Translations under genes and position numbers: made by a program
Notes under the pieces: generated by a model
What the model was told of the DNA's origin: nothing
Seen by the model: only the letters and a program-made list of their open reading frames with translations
The model's database searches: none
From: Heterodontus francisci
Lineage: Eukaryota
Direction: 5' to 3'
Length of the DNA: 64,000 nt
Assembly: GCF_036365525.1 (NCBI RefSeq)
Contig: NC_090399.1
Coordinates: 66,644,862 to 66,708,861 of the forward strand
In this document: piece by piece, positions 11,961-26,609 of the stretch
How the letters are laid out: the number at the start of each line of letters is the position of its first letter
How positions within the stretch are numbered: the first letter of the stretch is position 1

Positions 11961-13568
11961 GGAGAACATAGAGAACGGACCTGAATGAGAAGGGCAGCTG
12001 CAGAGAGATTCAAACCGGTGACAGAAAGGGAGGCCCGGCACACGGAGAGCGGACCTGTGTGAGAAAGGCAGCGGCGGCAGAGAGGGAGGCCCGGCACACG
12101 GAGAGCGGACCTGTGTGAGAAAGGCAGCGGCGGCAGAGAGGGAGGCCCGGCACACGGAGAGCGGACCTGTGTGAGAAAGGCACCGGCGGCAGAGAGCCCT
12201 TTCTACCTGTTTCTACCTGTCATAGCCGAAGTGTGACGTCACAGGAAAACAGGTAGGTGATTGGTGGGTATCTCTTCCGTGTCTCTTTTTCGCCAAGCGG
12301 TTTAAAACAAGAGACGTTATTACAGCTGAAGAGTACAGTTAAGAAATTCACCTTTAAAATGTTTAACATCCAAATTAAATAATTAAATGGAATACAGATG
12401 GCTGGGCAGGAGATGTGTTGCAACTGCAGTCTGTGAGAGCTGGTGGACGCCGGTGTGATTCACAGTGACCACATCTGCAGCAAGTGTTGGCTGCTCGAGG
12501 ACCTTCGGCTCAGTGTTGATGAGCTGGAGTCCGAGCTGCAGACACTGTGACACATCAGGGATGGGGAGAGTTAGCTGGACACTGTGTTTCAGGAGACAGT
12601 CACACCCTTTATCTTAATTACATCCAATCTGGACCGTGGTCAGGGACAGGAGGGTGTGACGACGAGTGAGGCAGGTATCGGGATCAAGAATTTAGCTTTG
12701 GAGGAGCCTCAGCCAGTGCCCTTATCCCATAGGTACGAGGTTCTTGCTCCCAGTGTGGACGAGAGCACAGACTACAGGGAGGATGAGCAAACTGACCACA
12801 GCACCGTGGTTCAGAGTACCATTCAAGTGGTGGGGGGGGGGTGGGGGAGGGAGAGAAGAGAAATGTGGTAGTCATAGAGGATAGTATAGTGAGGGGAATA
12901 GATACTGTTCTCTGCAGCAAAGACAGGGAATCCCGAAGGCAGTGTTGCCTACCTGGTGCCAAGATTAAGGACATCTCTTCTGGGCTGGAGAGGAACTTGG
13001 AGTGGGAGGGAAAGGATCCAGTTGTCATGGTCCACGTTGGCACCAACGACATAGGTAGAATTAGGAAAGAGGTTCTGCTGAGGGACTATGAGCACCTCAG
13101 GGCTAAATTAAAAAGCAGAACCACAATGATAATAATCTCCGGATTACTACTTGAGCCACGTGCAAATTGGTGTCGGGTAAATAAGATTTGAGAGGTAAAC
13201 AGGTGGCTCAAAGATTGGTGTGGGAGAAATGGGTTCCGATTCATGGGGCACTGGCACCAGTACTGGGGAAAGAGAACTGTTCCATTGGGATGGGCTTCAT
13301 TTGAACCATGCTGGGACCAGTGTCCTGGCGAATCGTATAACTAGGGTTGCAGATAGGACTTTAAAGTCATTAGTGGGGGGCAGAGTTCAATTGAACGGAA
13401 GTTTAAAAAATCAAGAAGAAACGTGAGAGCAAAGGTGCAGGGTAGTGAAGAGGTGAACAGGAATCCAAGTGCGACAGGATGGGGCAGAAAATATAAGCAG
13501 AAGAGTGCAGCAGATATTTAAAACCAGAATGAGTAATAATGGTAAAAAGGTCAAAGCTTAAGGCTCTT
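11961..13568 (+). mobile_element. CR1 LINE 5' half, unit 2
   Basis: Same 5'UTR and ORF1 esterase motifs (ORF 12841-13191). Confidence 0.92.
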
Positions 13569-13572
13569 GATC

Positions 13573-14788
13573 AATCACAATCCCCTTACAGAGTTCACCC
13601 CCTTCAAACACAATCTCCTTGCAGAGTTCCTCACCCCTTCAAACACAATCCCCTTGCAGAGTTCACCCCATTCAAACACAATCCCCTTGCAGTGTTTCCC
13701 CACTTCAAACACAATCCCCTTGCACAGTTCACCCCCTTCAAACACAATCTCCTTGCAGAGTTCCTCACCCCTTCAAACACAATCCCCTTGCAGAGTTCAC
13801 CCCCTTCAAACACAATCCCCTTGCAGTGTTCCCCCACCTCAAACACAATCCCCTTGCAGAGTTCACCCCCTTCAAACACAATCCCTTTGCAGAGTTCCCC
13901 CACTTGAAACACAATCTCCTTGCAGAATTCACCCCCTTCAAACACAATCCCTTTGCAGAGTTGCCCCACTTCAAACACAATCCCCTTGCAGAGTTCCCCC
14001 ACTTCAAACACAATCCCTTTGCAGAGTTCCCCCACTTCAAACACAATCTCCTTGCAGAGTTCCCCCACTTCAAACACAATCCCCTTGCACAGTTCACCCC
14101 CTTCAAACACAATCTCCTTGCAGAGTTCCTCACCCCTTCAAACACAATCCCCTTGCAGAGTTCACCCCCTTCAATCACAATCCCCTTGCACAGTTCACCC
14201 CCTTCAAACACAATCTCCTTGCAGAGTACCTCACCCCTTCAAACACAATCCCCTTGCAGTGTTCCCCCACTTCAAACACTATCCCCTTGCACAGTTCACC
14301 CCCTTCAAACACAATCTCCTTGCAGAGTTCACCCCCTTCAAACACAATCCCTTTGCAGAGTTCCCCCACTTCAAACACAATCTTCTTGCAGAGTTCACCC
14401 CCTTCAAACACAATCCCTTTGCAGAGTTCCCCCACTTCAAACACAATCCCCTTGCAGAGTTCACCCCCTTCAAACACAATCCCCTTGCAGAGTTCCCCCA
14501 CTTCAAACACAATCCCCTTGCAGAGTTCACCCCCTTCAAACACAATCCCCTTGCAGAGTTCCCCCACTTCAAACACAATCCCCTTGCAGAATTCACCCCC
14601 TTCAAACACAATCCCCTTGCAGAGTTCCTCACCCCTTCAAGCACAATCTCCTTGCAGAGTTCCCCCACTTCAAACACAATCCCCTTGCAGAGTTCCCCCA
14701 CTTCAAACACAATCCCCTTGCAGAGTCCCACTCCCCCCCCCCCCCCCCCGCCCCCACCCCCCATGATTCAAACACAATCCCCTTGCAG
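13573..14788. repeat. 33-bp minisatellite, unit 3
   Basis: Tandem 33/35-bp repeats. Confidence 0.97.
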
Positions 14789-16641
14789 GTTTCTCCTCAT
14801 GATGATGCCGTGGTGTCAGATTGTCAGTGTTGTCATGGTGCTTCCCGCCTCTGACAATATTGGAAATGAGCGTTACAGCAGCGGGTTCCGTGGGAGGGGC
14901 TCTGCCGGAATTCTCCAGCTTCCCCCAAGCCAGCATTCCCACTTTCTACAGGAGCATAAAATACATCCCTAAGTTTTGTTACCCTGTGTCATGAACATTG
15001 GGATGGTGCAGGGAGTATTCACTTCTGTTTTAATAAAAAGGGAACTTCACTTTGTGTCTGAGTTTCTCTCTCTCCACTCAGTCACTTGTTTAAGTTGAGT
15101 CTGACAGGGTCAATGAGTAAAGCCTACACTGGGGATTGTCTCTGATTCCCTGCCTGGTGTGGGGCTCTGCAATATCACCCAGTCAGTAGCTGAGCCCAGT
15201 GACAATCCCCAGTCTGCAAGAACCCAACAGTGAACTCCTCTCTTCCCCTTTCTCTGTTAGAAAGAGGCTAACACAAACTAAAGCTGGGGTTTAATCTCAG
15301 TGATGGGAACCAGACGTTGCTGCCAGTGGTTCCCGTGGGAACTGAAGCTAGAAAGATCTGAGATTTAACAGAGTCCTGGAGTGTTCTTCACCCTGAACTA
15401 CACGGAGAGAGAAATGATCCAGGGACAATTCCCTTTCACTTGGCAGCCTATATGATTGGATCTGTTGAACAAGGAGAGGCAGATTAAACTCTCGCTCTGT
15501 TCTATCCATGTATATTGTGTTCTCAATGTCACACCTGATACTTTCTGCCTCTACTGCAAAATGTCCACAATAGAACATCAGGGTTCACAGTCACAGGGTG
15601 ATGGAAATCTCTTGACACAACTGTTGATAATCTCCTGAATATAAAGCAAAGCAGAACAAGAGCCTCAAATCCCAGTGGCCCCTGTGAATTAATATTAAAT
15701 ATGATGTGATGTTTAGGACAGCTCCATATAAAGAAAGGGAACATGTTGAAGGAGTGTAAAGCAAGAATTTAAACTCCACACATCCTTGTAGGAACTGTGA
15801 CAATTAAAGACACTACTGGAGTCATTGAGAGCCAGACACTGCAGTGTAGGAGCAGAATGGGAGAGGGGAAGGGGAGAGATCAATGGTTCATATAAATCAG
15901 GGATAAGAAACACATACAGGATCCAGATATAGATTGTGAACTCTATCCCTGACAGACAGACTCTAGTGACCTGATTGGAGAGAGTTTAGGTACATGTTGA
16001 CAGAACACGGGCTTACAGATCCCTAAATGTGTCCAAATGTCCGTCCCACTGGAGCTTACCCTGCGTCCAGGGACCATTTCCCAGTACAGGGAACTGGGAT
16101 GGTTCCCACTGATTCAGTCTCCAGGTAATGTCTCCAGTGACTGTCCTCCCAAGACACAGAGCTTCCCCCTTTAGCAATAAGATGGATAAACTACCTTCAG
16201 TGTGGTGGGTGAGGTTACACAGGGCCAGTGACAGGGTTTCAGCCCATTCGATGTTCTCAATGTTTAAATCCAGTGTCATTGACCAGGCTGACTCAACCAC
16301 CAATGACAACATGGGAAATACATTGTTCCATATCAGGGGCTTTAACAGAGGGATCCTCACCCTGGGATTGATTCTCCCTCCTGGTTACTGGATCACAATC
16401 TGTTTTTACCCAGAGTCTTCCCTCTGTCAAACAAGTTCCCTTTTTGTCTGAAATCTCCTTCAGAACCTGCTGGTGAATCTGGTAAATGGAGCAGAGGGAC
16501 TGCGTCTACTGAGATCTCGGAGTTCACATCTACACATCTTCACTCAATTGTTTCTCAGCACCAGTAACAAGTTTCAAATGAAGTAAATAAAACAACAATA
16601 TGTTTAATTGTGGAACCAATTTTCTACAGAAAAATTACTTG

Positions 16642-17000
16642 TTAGATTAGATTAGATTAGAGATACAGCACTGAAACAGGCCCTTCGGCCCACCGAGTCT
16701 GTGCCGAACATCAACCACCCATTTATACTAATCCTACACTAATCCCATATTCCTACCAAACATCCGCACCTGTCCCTATATTTCCCTACCACCTACCTAT
16801 ACTAGTGACAATTTATAATGGCCAACTTACCTATCAACCTGCAAGTCTTTTGGCTTGTGGGAGGAAACCGGAGCACCCGGAGAAAACCCACGCAGACACA
16901 GGGAGAACTTGCAAACTCCACACAGGCAGTACCCGGAATCGAACCCGGGTCCCTGGAGCTGTGAGGCTGCGGTGCTAACCACTGCGCCACTGTGCCGCCC
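16642..17000 (-). mobile_element. tRNA-derived V-SINE (HE1-like), specific to unit 3
   Basis: Reverse strand shows a tRNA-like head (tggcgcagtgg A box, gggttcgattcc B box), the V-SINE core ctccgggtgctccggtttcctcccaca, a CR1-like tail and (tctaa)n. Absent from the other units. Confidence 0.9.
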
Positions 17001-17897
17001 AACCCCTGTGTTACGGGGGTGTGTGGAATTTTTATAACACGGGACAGGGGCCTCAGAAAGCAGTAAGACTCCAGCTAAATGGACACTACTGGAAAATCTC
17101 TCACATTGTGAAACCCGGTTTAGATATCTTAGTTCTTTATCTTTGGTCCTTACCTTATCTTACACTATATTTATTCATTGGTCATTACTATTTCTTCTGT
17201 TTTAAGTTATTTACATTATACACACTAACTTGCATCGAGCACTAAAGGACTAAACAAAATTTTAAACATTTACTGTCTCACGCTTACACAACCCAGTACA
17301 AGTGTTAAAGACAAAAAGTATCTCTTTTCCCCTCGACACTGAATTCCCACTCTCACTAAATTCTAACCTTCCCTCTCAGTTTCCGTTGCAATCTGTGGTT
17401 ACACTGTGTGTTCCAGCAGAAATCTTTTACTTTTATATCCCACTGAATCACATCCAAGTTACAACTGTTCAGTCAGTTTCAGCACATTTACCCCCTATTC
17501 AGGCAATTACTTCCATCTGACTGACTGTTAACTGTTCATCTGACTTACACTGTTTCCTGTTCACTGTTAACCTGAATAAACTGTTCACTGTTAGCCTGAA
17601 TAAACTGTTCACTGTTCGGCTGATTTATATTGTTCACCTGATTTATACTGTTCACCTGAATAAACTGTTCACCGGTCACCTGACTTGCAGTTTTTAAAGT
17701 CTGATGTGAAATTCTAAATGTTCAGAGCAAATTTCAGTCTGACCTCCTCACCCACTACTTATTAAACATGAAACTTCCCACTCGGTTAATGTTCAGATCT
17801 GTGATTACACTGTGCTGTATCTGGGAGCTGATTCCATTCCTTTAATTCGCTGAGATCAGATCGCGTTCCTTTAATTTTCTGGGATCTGAGCCCATCT

Positions 17898-19543
17898 GGA
17901 GAACATAGAGAACGGACCTGAATGAGAAGGGCAGCTGCAGAGAGATTCAAACCGGTGACAGAGAGGGAGGCCCGGCGCACGGAGTGCGGACCTGTGTGAG
18001 AAGGGCAGCGGCGGCAGAGAGATACAAACCGGTGACAGAGAGGGAGGCTCGGCACACGGAGAGCGGACCTGTGTGAGAAGGGCAGCGGCGGCAGAGAGAT
18101 ACAAACCGGTGACAGAGAGGGAGGCCCGGCGCACGGAGAGCGGACCTGTGTGAGAAAGGCAGCGGCGGCAGAGAGCCCTTTCCACCTGTTTCTACCTGTC
18201 AGAGCCGAAGTGTGACGTCACAGGAAAACAGGTAGGTGATTGGTGGGTATCTCTTCCGTGTCTCTTTTTCGCCAAGTGGTTTAAAACAAGAGACGTTATT
18301 ACAGCTGAAGAGTACAGTTAAGAAATTCACTTTTAAAATGTCTAACATCCAAATTAAATAATTAAATGGAATACAGATGGCTGGGCAGGAGATGTGCTGC
18401 AACTGCAGTCTGTGAGAGCTGGTGGACGCCGGTGTGATTCACAGTGACCACATCTGCAGCAAGTGTTGGCTGCTCGAGGACCTTCGGCTCAGAGTTGATG
18501 AGCTGGAGTCCGAGCTGCAGACACTGCGACACATCAGGGAGGGGGAGAGTTACCTGGACACTTAGTTTCAGGAGACAGTCACACCCCTTAGATTATTTAC
18601 ATCCAATTTGGACCGTGGTCAGGGACAGCAGGGTGTGACTGCGAATGAGGCAGGTATCGGGATCCAGAATTTAGCTTTGGAGGAGCCTCGGTCAGTGCCC
18701 TTATCCAATAGGTACGAGGTTCTTGCTCCCAGTGTGGATGAGGGCACAGACTGCAGGGAGGATGAGCAAACTGACCACAGCACCGTGGTTCAGAGTGTCA
18801 TTCAAGTGGTGGTGGGGGGGGGGGGGGTGGGGGGGGAGACAAAAGAGAAATGTGGTAGTCATAGAGGATAGTATAGTGAGGGGAATAGATACTGTTCTAT
18901 GCAGCAAAGACAGGGAATCCCGAAGGCTGTGTTGTCTACCTGGTGCCAAGATTAAGGACATCTCTTCTGGGCTGGAGTGGGAGGGAAAGGATGCAGTTGA
19001 CATGGTCTACGTAGATACCGACGACATAGGTAGAATTAGGAAAGAGGTTCTGCTGAGGGACTATGGGCAGCTTGAGGCTAAATTAAAAAGCAGAACCAGA
19101 AAGGTAATAATCTCCGGATTACGACCTGAGCCACGTGCACATTGGTGGAGGGTAAATAAGATTTGAGAGGTAAACTGGTGGCTCAAAGATTGGTGTGGGA
19201 GAAATGGGTTTCGATTCATGGGGCACTGGCACCAGTCCTGGGGAAAGAGAACTGTTCCGTTGGGATGGGCTTCACTTGAACCAGACTGGGACCAGTGTCC
19301 TGGCAAATCATATAACTAGGGTTGTAGATAGGACTTTAAAGTAATTAGTGGGGGTCAGGGTTCAATTGAAGGGAAGTTTAAAAAATCAAAAAGAAACGTG
19401 AGAGCAAAGGTGCAGGGTAGTGAAGAGGTGAACGGGAATCAAAGTGTGACAGGATGGGGCAGAAAATATAAGCAGAAGAGTGCAGCAGATATTTAAAACC
19501 AGAATGAGTAATAATGGTAAAAAGGTCAAAGCTTAAGGCTCTT
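17898..19543 (+). mobile_element. CR1 LINE 5' half, unit 3 (77-bp monomers)
   Basis: ORF1 esterase remnant 18723-19166. Confidence 0.92.
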
Positions 19544-19547
19544 GATC

Positions 19548-20752
19548 AATCACAATCCCCTTACAGAGCTCCCCCCACTTCAAACACAATCCCCTTGCAG
19601 AATTCCACGCCCCCTTCAAACACAATCCCCTTGCAGTGTTCCCCCACTTCAAACACAATCCCCTTGCAGAATTCCACGCCCCCTTCAAACACAATCCCCT
19701 TGCAGACTTCACCGCCCCCCTTAAACACAATCTCCAAGCAGAGTTTCCTCCCTTCAAACACAATCCCCTTGCAGAGTTCCCCCCTTAAACACAATCCCCT
19801 TGCAGGGTTCACCATCTTCAAACACAATCCCCTTGCAGAGGTCACCCCCTTCAAACACAATCCCCTTACAGAGTTCACCCCCTTCAAATACAATCTCCTT
19901 GCAGAGTTCAAGCCCTTCAAACACAATCTCCTTGCAGAGTTCACCCCCTTCAAACAAAATCTCCTTGCAGAGTTCACCCCCTTCAAACACAATCCCCTTG
20001 CAGAGTTCACCACCTTTCAAACACAATCCCCTTACAGAGTTCACCCACTTCAAACACAATCTCCTTGCAGAGTTCACCCCCTTCAAACACAATCTCCTTG
20101 CAGAGTTCACCCCCTTTCAAACACAATCCAACTGCAGAGTTCCCCCCTTCAAACAAAATCCTCTTGCAGAGTTACACCCCTTAAACAGAATCCACTTGCA
20201 GAGTTCACCCCTTCAAACACAATCCCCTTGCAGAGTTCCCCCCTTAAACAAATTTCCCTTGCAGAGTTACACCCCTTAAACACAATCCCCTTGCAGTGTT
20301 CACCCCCTTCAAACACAATCCCCTTACAGAGTTCCCCCCTTCAAACACAATCCCCTTGCAGAGTTCCCCCCTTCAAACACAATCTCCTTGCAGAGTTCAC
20401 CCCCTCTTCAAACACAATCCCCTTGCAGAGTTCCCCCCTTCAAACACAATCCCCTTGCAGAGTTCCCCCTTCAAACACAATCTCCTTGCAGAGTTCCCCC
20501 CTTCAAACACAATCGCCTTGCTGAGTTCCGCCCCTTCTAACACAATCCCCTTGCAGAGTTCCCCCCTTAAACCCAATCCTCTTGCAGAGTTCCCCCACTT
20601 CAAACACAATCTCCTTGCAGAGTTACCCCACTTCAAACACAATCCCCTTGCAGAGTTTCCCCACTTCAAATACAATCCCCTTGCAGAGTTCCCCCACTTC
20701 AAACACAATCCCCTTGCAGTCTTCCCCCACTTCAAACACAATCCCCTTGCAG
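19548..20752. repeat. 33-bp minisatellite, unit 4 (most diverged)
   Basis: Tandem 31-35 bp repeats. Confidence 0.96.
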
Positions 20753-23302
20753 GTTTCTCCTCATGATGATGCCGTGGTGTCGGATTATCAGTGTTGTCAT
20801 GGTGCTTCCCTCCTCTTACAAAATTGGAAATGAGCGTTACACTGGCGGGTTACATGGCAGAGGCTCTGCCAGAATTCTCCAGCTTCCCCCAAGCTGGCAT
20901 TCCCACTTTCCACTGGAGCACAAAATTCATCCCTAAATTTTGTTACCCTGTGTCATGAACATTGGGATGGTGTTGGGAGTATTCACTTCTGTTTTCATAA
21001 AAAGGGAACTGCACTTTGTGTCTGAGTTTCTCTCTCTCCACTCAGTCACTTGTTTAAGTTGAGTCTGACAGGGTCAATGAGTAAAGCCTACACTGGGGAT
21101 TGTCTCTGATTCCCTGCCTGGTGTGGGGCTCTGCGATATCACCCAGTCAGTAGCTGAGCCCAGTGACAATCCCCAGTCTGCAATATCCCAACAGTGAACT
21201 CCTCTCTTCCCCTTTCTCTGTTAGAAAGAGGCTAACACAAAGTAAAGCTGGGGTTTAATCTCAGTGATGGGAACCAGAAGTTGCTGCCAGTGGTTCCCCT
21301 GGGAACTGAAGCTAGAAAGATCTGAGATTTAACAGAGTCCCGGAGTGTTCTTCACCCTGAACTACACGGAGAGAGAAATGATCCAGGGACAATTCCCCTT
21401 CACTTGGCAGCCTATATGATTGAATCTGTTGAACAAGGAGAGGCAGATTAAACTCTCGCTCTGTTCCATCCATTTATATTGTGTTCTCAATGTCACACCT
21501 GATACTTTCTGCCTCTACTGCAAAATGTCCACTATAGATCAGGATTAACAGTCACAGGGTGATGGAAATCTCTTTACACAACTGTTGATAATCTCCTGAA
21601 TATAAAGCAAAGCAGAACAAGAGCTTCAAATCCCAGTGGCCCCTGTGAATTAATATTAAATATGATGTGATATTTAGGACAGCTCCATATAAAGAAAGGG
21701 AACATGTTGAAGGAGTGTAAAGCAAGAATTTAAACTCCACACATCCTTGTAGGAACTGTGACAATTAAAGACACTACTGGAGCCATTGAGAGCCACTGAT
21801 TCAGTCTCCAGGTAATGTCTCCAGTGACTGTCCTCCCAAGACACAGAGCTTCCCCCTTTAGCAATAAGATGGATAAACTACCTTCAGTGTGGTGGGTGAG
21901 ATTGCACAGGGCCAGTGACAGGGTTTCAGCCCATTCGATGTTCTCAATGTTTAAATCCAGTGTCATTGACCAGGCTGACTCAACCACCAATGACAACATG
22001 GGAAATACATTGTTCCATATCAGGGGCTTTAACAGAGGGATCCTCACCCTGGGATTGATTCTCCCTCCTGGTTACTGGATCACAGTCTGTTTTTACCCAG
22101 AGTCTTCCCTCTGTCAAACAAGTTCCCTTTTTGTCTGAAATCTCCCTCAGAACTTGCTGCTGGATCTGGTAAATGGAGCAGAGGGACTCCTTCTACTGAG
22201 ATCTCAGAGTTCACATCTACACATCTTCACACAATTGTTTCTCAGCATCAGTAACAAGTTTCAAATGAAGTAAATAAAACAACAATATGTTTAATTGTGG
22301 AACCAATTTTCTACAGAAAAATTACTTGTGTTACGGGGGTGTGTTGAATTTTTATAACACGGGACAGGGGCCTCAGAAAGCAGTAAGACTCCAGCTAAAT
22401 GGACACTACTGGAAAATCTCTCACATTGTGAAACCCGGTTTAGATATCTTAGTTCTTTATCTTTGGTCCTTACTTTATCTTACACTATATTTATTCATTG
22501 GTCATTACTATTTCTTCTGTTTTAAGTTATTTAAATTATACACACTAACTTGCATCGAGCACTAAAGGACTAAACAAAATTGTCAACATTTACTGTCTCA
22601 CGCTTACACAACCCAGTACAAGTGTTAAAGACAAAAAGCATCTCTTTTCCCCTCGACACTGAATTCCCACTCTCACTAAATTCTAACCTTCCCTCTCAGT
22701 TTCCGTTGCAATCTGTGGTTACACTGTGTGTTCCAGCAGAAATCTTTTACTCTTATATCTCACTGAATCACATCCAAGTTACAACTGTTCAGTCAGTTTC
22801 AGCACATTTACCCCCTATTCAGGCAATTACTTCCATCTGATTGACTGTTAACTGTTCATCTGACTTACACTGTTTCCTGTTCACTGTTAGCCTGAATAAA
22901 CTGTTCACTGTTAACCTGAATAAACTGTTCACTGTACACCTGATTTATACTGTTCACTGTACACCTGATTTATACTCTTCACATTATTTATACTGTTAAC
23001 CTGAATAAACTGTTCACTGTTCGGCTGATTTATATTGTTCACCTGATTTATACTGTTCACCTGAATAAACTGTTCACCGGTCACCTGACTTGCAGTTTTT
23101 AAAGTCTGATGTGAAATTCTAAATGTTCAGAGCAAATTTCAGTCTGACCTCCTCACCCACTACTTATTAAACATGAAACTTCCCACTCGGTTAATGTTCA
23201 GATCTGTGATTACACTGTGCTGTATCTGGGAGCTGATTCCATTCCTTTAATTCGCTGAGATCAGATCGCGTTCCTTTAATTTTCTGGGATCTGAGCCCAT
23301 CT

Positions 23303-24951
23303 GGAGAACATAGAGAACGGACCTGAATGAGAAGGGCAGCTGCAGAGAGATTCAAACCGGTGACAGAGAGGGAGGCCCGGCGCACGGAGTGCGGACCTGT
23401 GTGAGAAGGGCAGCGGCGGCAGAGAGATACAAACCGGTGACAGAGAGGGAGGCTCGGCACACGGAGAGCGGACCTGTGTGAGAAGGGCAGCGGCGGCAGA
23501 GAGATACAAACCGGTGACAGAGAGGGAGGCCCGGCGCACGGAGAGCGGACCTGTGTGAGAAAGGCAGCGGCGGCAGAGAGCCCTTTCCACCTGTTTCTAC
23601 CTGTCAGAGCCGAAGTGTGACGTCACAGGAAAACAGGTAGGTGATTGGTGGGTATCTCTTCCGTGTCTCTTTTTCGCCAAGTGGTTTAAAACAAGAGACG
23701 TTATTACAGCTGAAGAGTACAGTTAAGAAATTCACTTTTAAAATGTCTAACATCCAAATTAAATAATTAAATGGAATACAGATGGCTGGGCAGGAGATGT
23801 GCTGCAACTGCAGTCTGTGAGAGCTGGTGGACGCCGGTGTGATTCACAGTGACCACATCTGCAGCAAGTGTTGGCTGCTCGAGGACGTTCGGCTCAGTGT
23901 TGATGAGCTGGAGTCTGAGCTGCAGACACTGCGACACATCAGGGACTGGGAGAGTTAGCTGGACACTGTGTTTCAGGAGACAGTCACACCCCTTATCTTA
24001 ATTACATCCAATCTGGACCATGGTCAGGGACAGGAGGGTGTGACTGCGAGTGAGGCAGGTATCGGGATCCAGAATTTAGCTTTGGAGGAGCCTCAGCCAG
24101 TGCCCTTATCCAATAGGTACGAGGTTCTTGCTCCCAGTGTGGACGAGGGCACAGACTACAGGGAGGATGAGCAAACTGACCACAGCACCGTGGTTCAGAG
24201 TACCATTCAAATGTGGGGGGGGGGGGGGGGGGGGAGAGAAGAGAAATGTGGTAGTCATAGAGGATTGTATAGTGAGGGGAATAGATACTGTTCTCTGCAG
24301 CAAAGACAGGGAATCCCGATGGCAGTGTTGCCTACCTGGTGCCAAGATTAAGGACATCTCTTCTGGGCTGGAGAGGAACCTGGAGTGGGAGGGAAAGGAT
24401 CCAGTTGTCGTGGTCCACATAGGTACCAACGACATAGGTAGAATTAAGAAAGACGTTCTGCTGAGGGACTATGAGCAGCTCAGGGCTAAATTAAAAAGCA
24501 GAACCACAATGGTAATAATCTCCGGATTACTACTTGAGCCATGTGCAAATTGGTGTAGGGTAAATAAGATTAGAGAGGTAAACAGGTGGCTCAAAGATTG
24601 GTGTGGGAGAAATGGGTTCCAATTCATGGGGCACTGGCACCAGTACTGGGGAAAGAGAACTGTTCCGTTGGGATGGGCTTCATTTGAACCATGCTCGGAC
24701 CAGTGTCCTGGCGAATCGTATAACTAGGTTTGCAGATAGGACTTTAAAGTAATTAGTGGGGGGCAGAGTTCAATTGAAGGGAAGTTTAAAAAATCAAAAA
24801 GAAACGTGAGAGCAAAGGTGCAGGGTAGTGAAGAGGTGAACGGGAATCGAAGTGCGACAGGATGGGGCAGAAAATATAAGCAGAAGAGTGCAGCAGATAT
24901 TTAAAACCAGAATGAGTAATAATGGTAAAAAGGTCAAAGCTTAAGGCTCTT
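23303..24951 (+). mobile_element. CR1 LINE 5' half, unit 4 (77-bp monomers)
   Basis: ORF1 esterase remnant 24128-24727. Confidence 0.92.
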
Positions 24952-24955
24952 GATC

Positions 24956-26005
24956 AATCACAATCCCCTTGCAGAGTTCACCCCCTTCAAACACAATCCC
25001 CTTGCAGGGTTCCTCACCCCTTCTAACACAATCCCCTTGCAGAGTTCACCCCCTTCTAACACAATCCCCTTGCAGAGTTCACCCCCTTCAAACACAATCT
25101 CCTTGCAGAGTTCACCCCTTCAAACACAATCTCCTTGCAGAGTTCCTCACCCCTTCAAACACAATCCCTTTGCAGAGTTCACCCCCTGCAAACACAATCT
25201 CCTTGCAGAGTTCACCCCCTTCAAACACAATCTCCTTGCAGAGTTCACCCCCTTCAAACACAATCTCCTTGCAGAGGTCCTCACCCCTTCAAACACAATC
25301 CCCTTGCAGAGTTCACCCCCTTCAAACACAATCTCCTTGCAGAGTTCACCCCCTTCAAACACAATCTCCTTGCAGAGTTCCTCACCCCTTCAAACACAAT
25401 CCCTTTGCAGAGTTCACCCCCTGCAAACACAATCTCCTTGCAGAGTTCACCCCCTTCAAACACAATCTCCTTGCAGAGTTCACCCCCTTCAAACACAATC
25501 TCCTTGCAGAGGTCCTCACCCCTTCAAACACAATCCCCTTGCAGAGTTCACCCCCTTCAAACACAATCTCCTTGCAGAGTTCCTCACCCCTTCTAACACA
25601 ATCCCCTTGCAGAGTTCACCCCCTTCAAACACAATCACCTTGCAGAGTTCACCCCCTTCAAACACAATCTCCTTGCAGAGTTCCTCACCCCTTCAAACAC
25701 AATCCCCTTGCAGAGTTCACCCCCTTCAAACACAATCTCCTTGCAGAGTTCCTCACCCCTTCTAACACAATCCCTTTGCAGAGTTCACCCCCTTCAAACA
25801 CAATCCCCTTGCAGAGTTCCTCACCCCTTCAAACACAATCTCCTTGCAGAGTTCCTCACCCCTTCAAACACAATCCCCTTGCAGTGTTCCCCCACTTCAA
25901 ACACAGTCTCCTTGCAGAGTTCCTCACCCCTTCAAACACAATCCCCTTGCAGAGTCCGCCCCCCCCCCCCACCCCCCCCACAATTCAAACACAATCCCCT
26001 TGCAG
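24956..26005. repeat. 33-bp minisatellite, unit 5
   Basis: Tandem 33/35-bp repeats with an internal 235-bp block duplication. Confidence 0.97.
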
Positions 26006-26609
26006 GTTTCTCCTCATGATGATGCCGTGGTGTCGGATTATCAGTGTTGTCATGGTGCTTCCCGCCTCTTACAATATTGGAAATGAGCGTTACAGCAGCA
26101 GTTTCCGTGGGAGGGGCTCTGCCGGAATTCTCCAGCTTCCCCCAAGCCAGCATTCCCACTTTCTACAGGAGCATAAAATACATCCCTAACCTTTGTTAAC
26201 CTGTGTCATTAACATTGGGATTGTGTGGTGAGTATTCACTTCTGTTTTAATAAAAAGGGAACTACACTTTGTGTCTGAGTTTCTCTCTCTCCACTCAGTC
26301 ACTTGTTTAAGTTGAGTCTGACAGGGTCAATGAGTAAAGCCTACACTGGGGATTGTCTCTGATTCCCTGCCTGCTGTGGGGCTCTGCGATATCACCCAGT
26401 CAGTAGCTGAGCCCAGTGACAATCCCCAGTCTGCAATATCCCAACGGTGAACTCCTCTCTTCCCCTTTCTCTGTTAGAAAGAGGCTAACACAAACTAAAG
26501 CTGGGGTTTAATCTCAGTGATGGGAACCAGAAGTTGCTGCCAATTGTTTCCCCTGGGAACTGAAGCTAGAAAGATCTGAGATTTAACAGAGTCCTGGAGT
26601 GTTCCTCAC

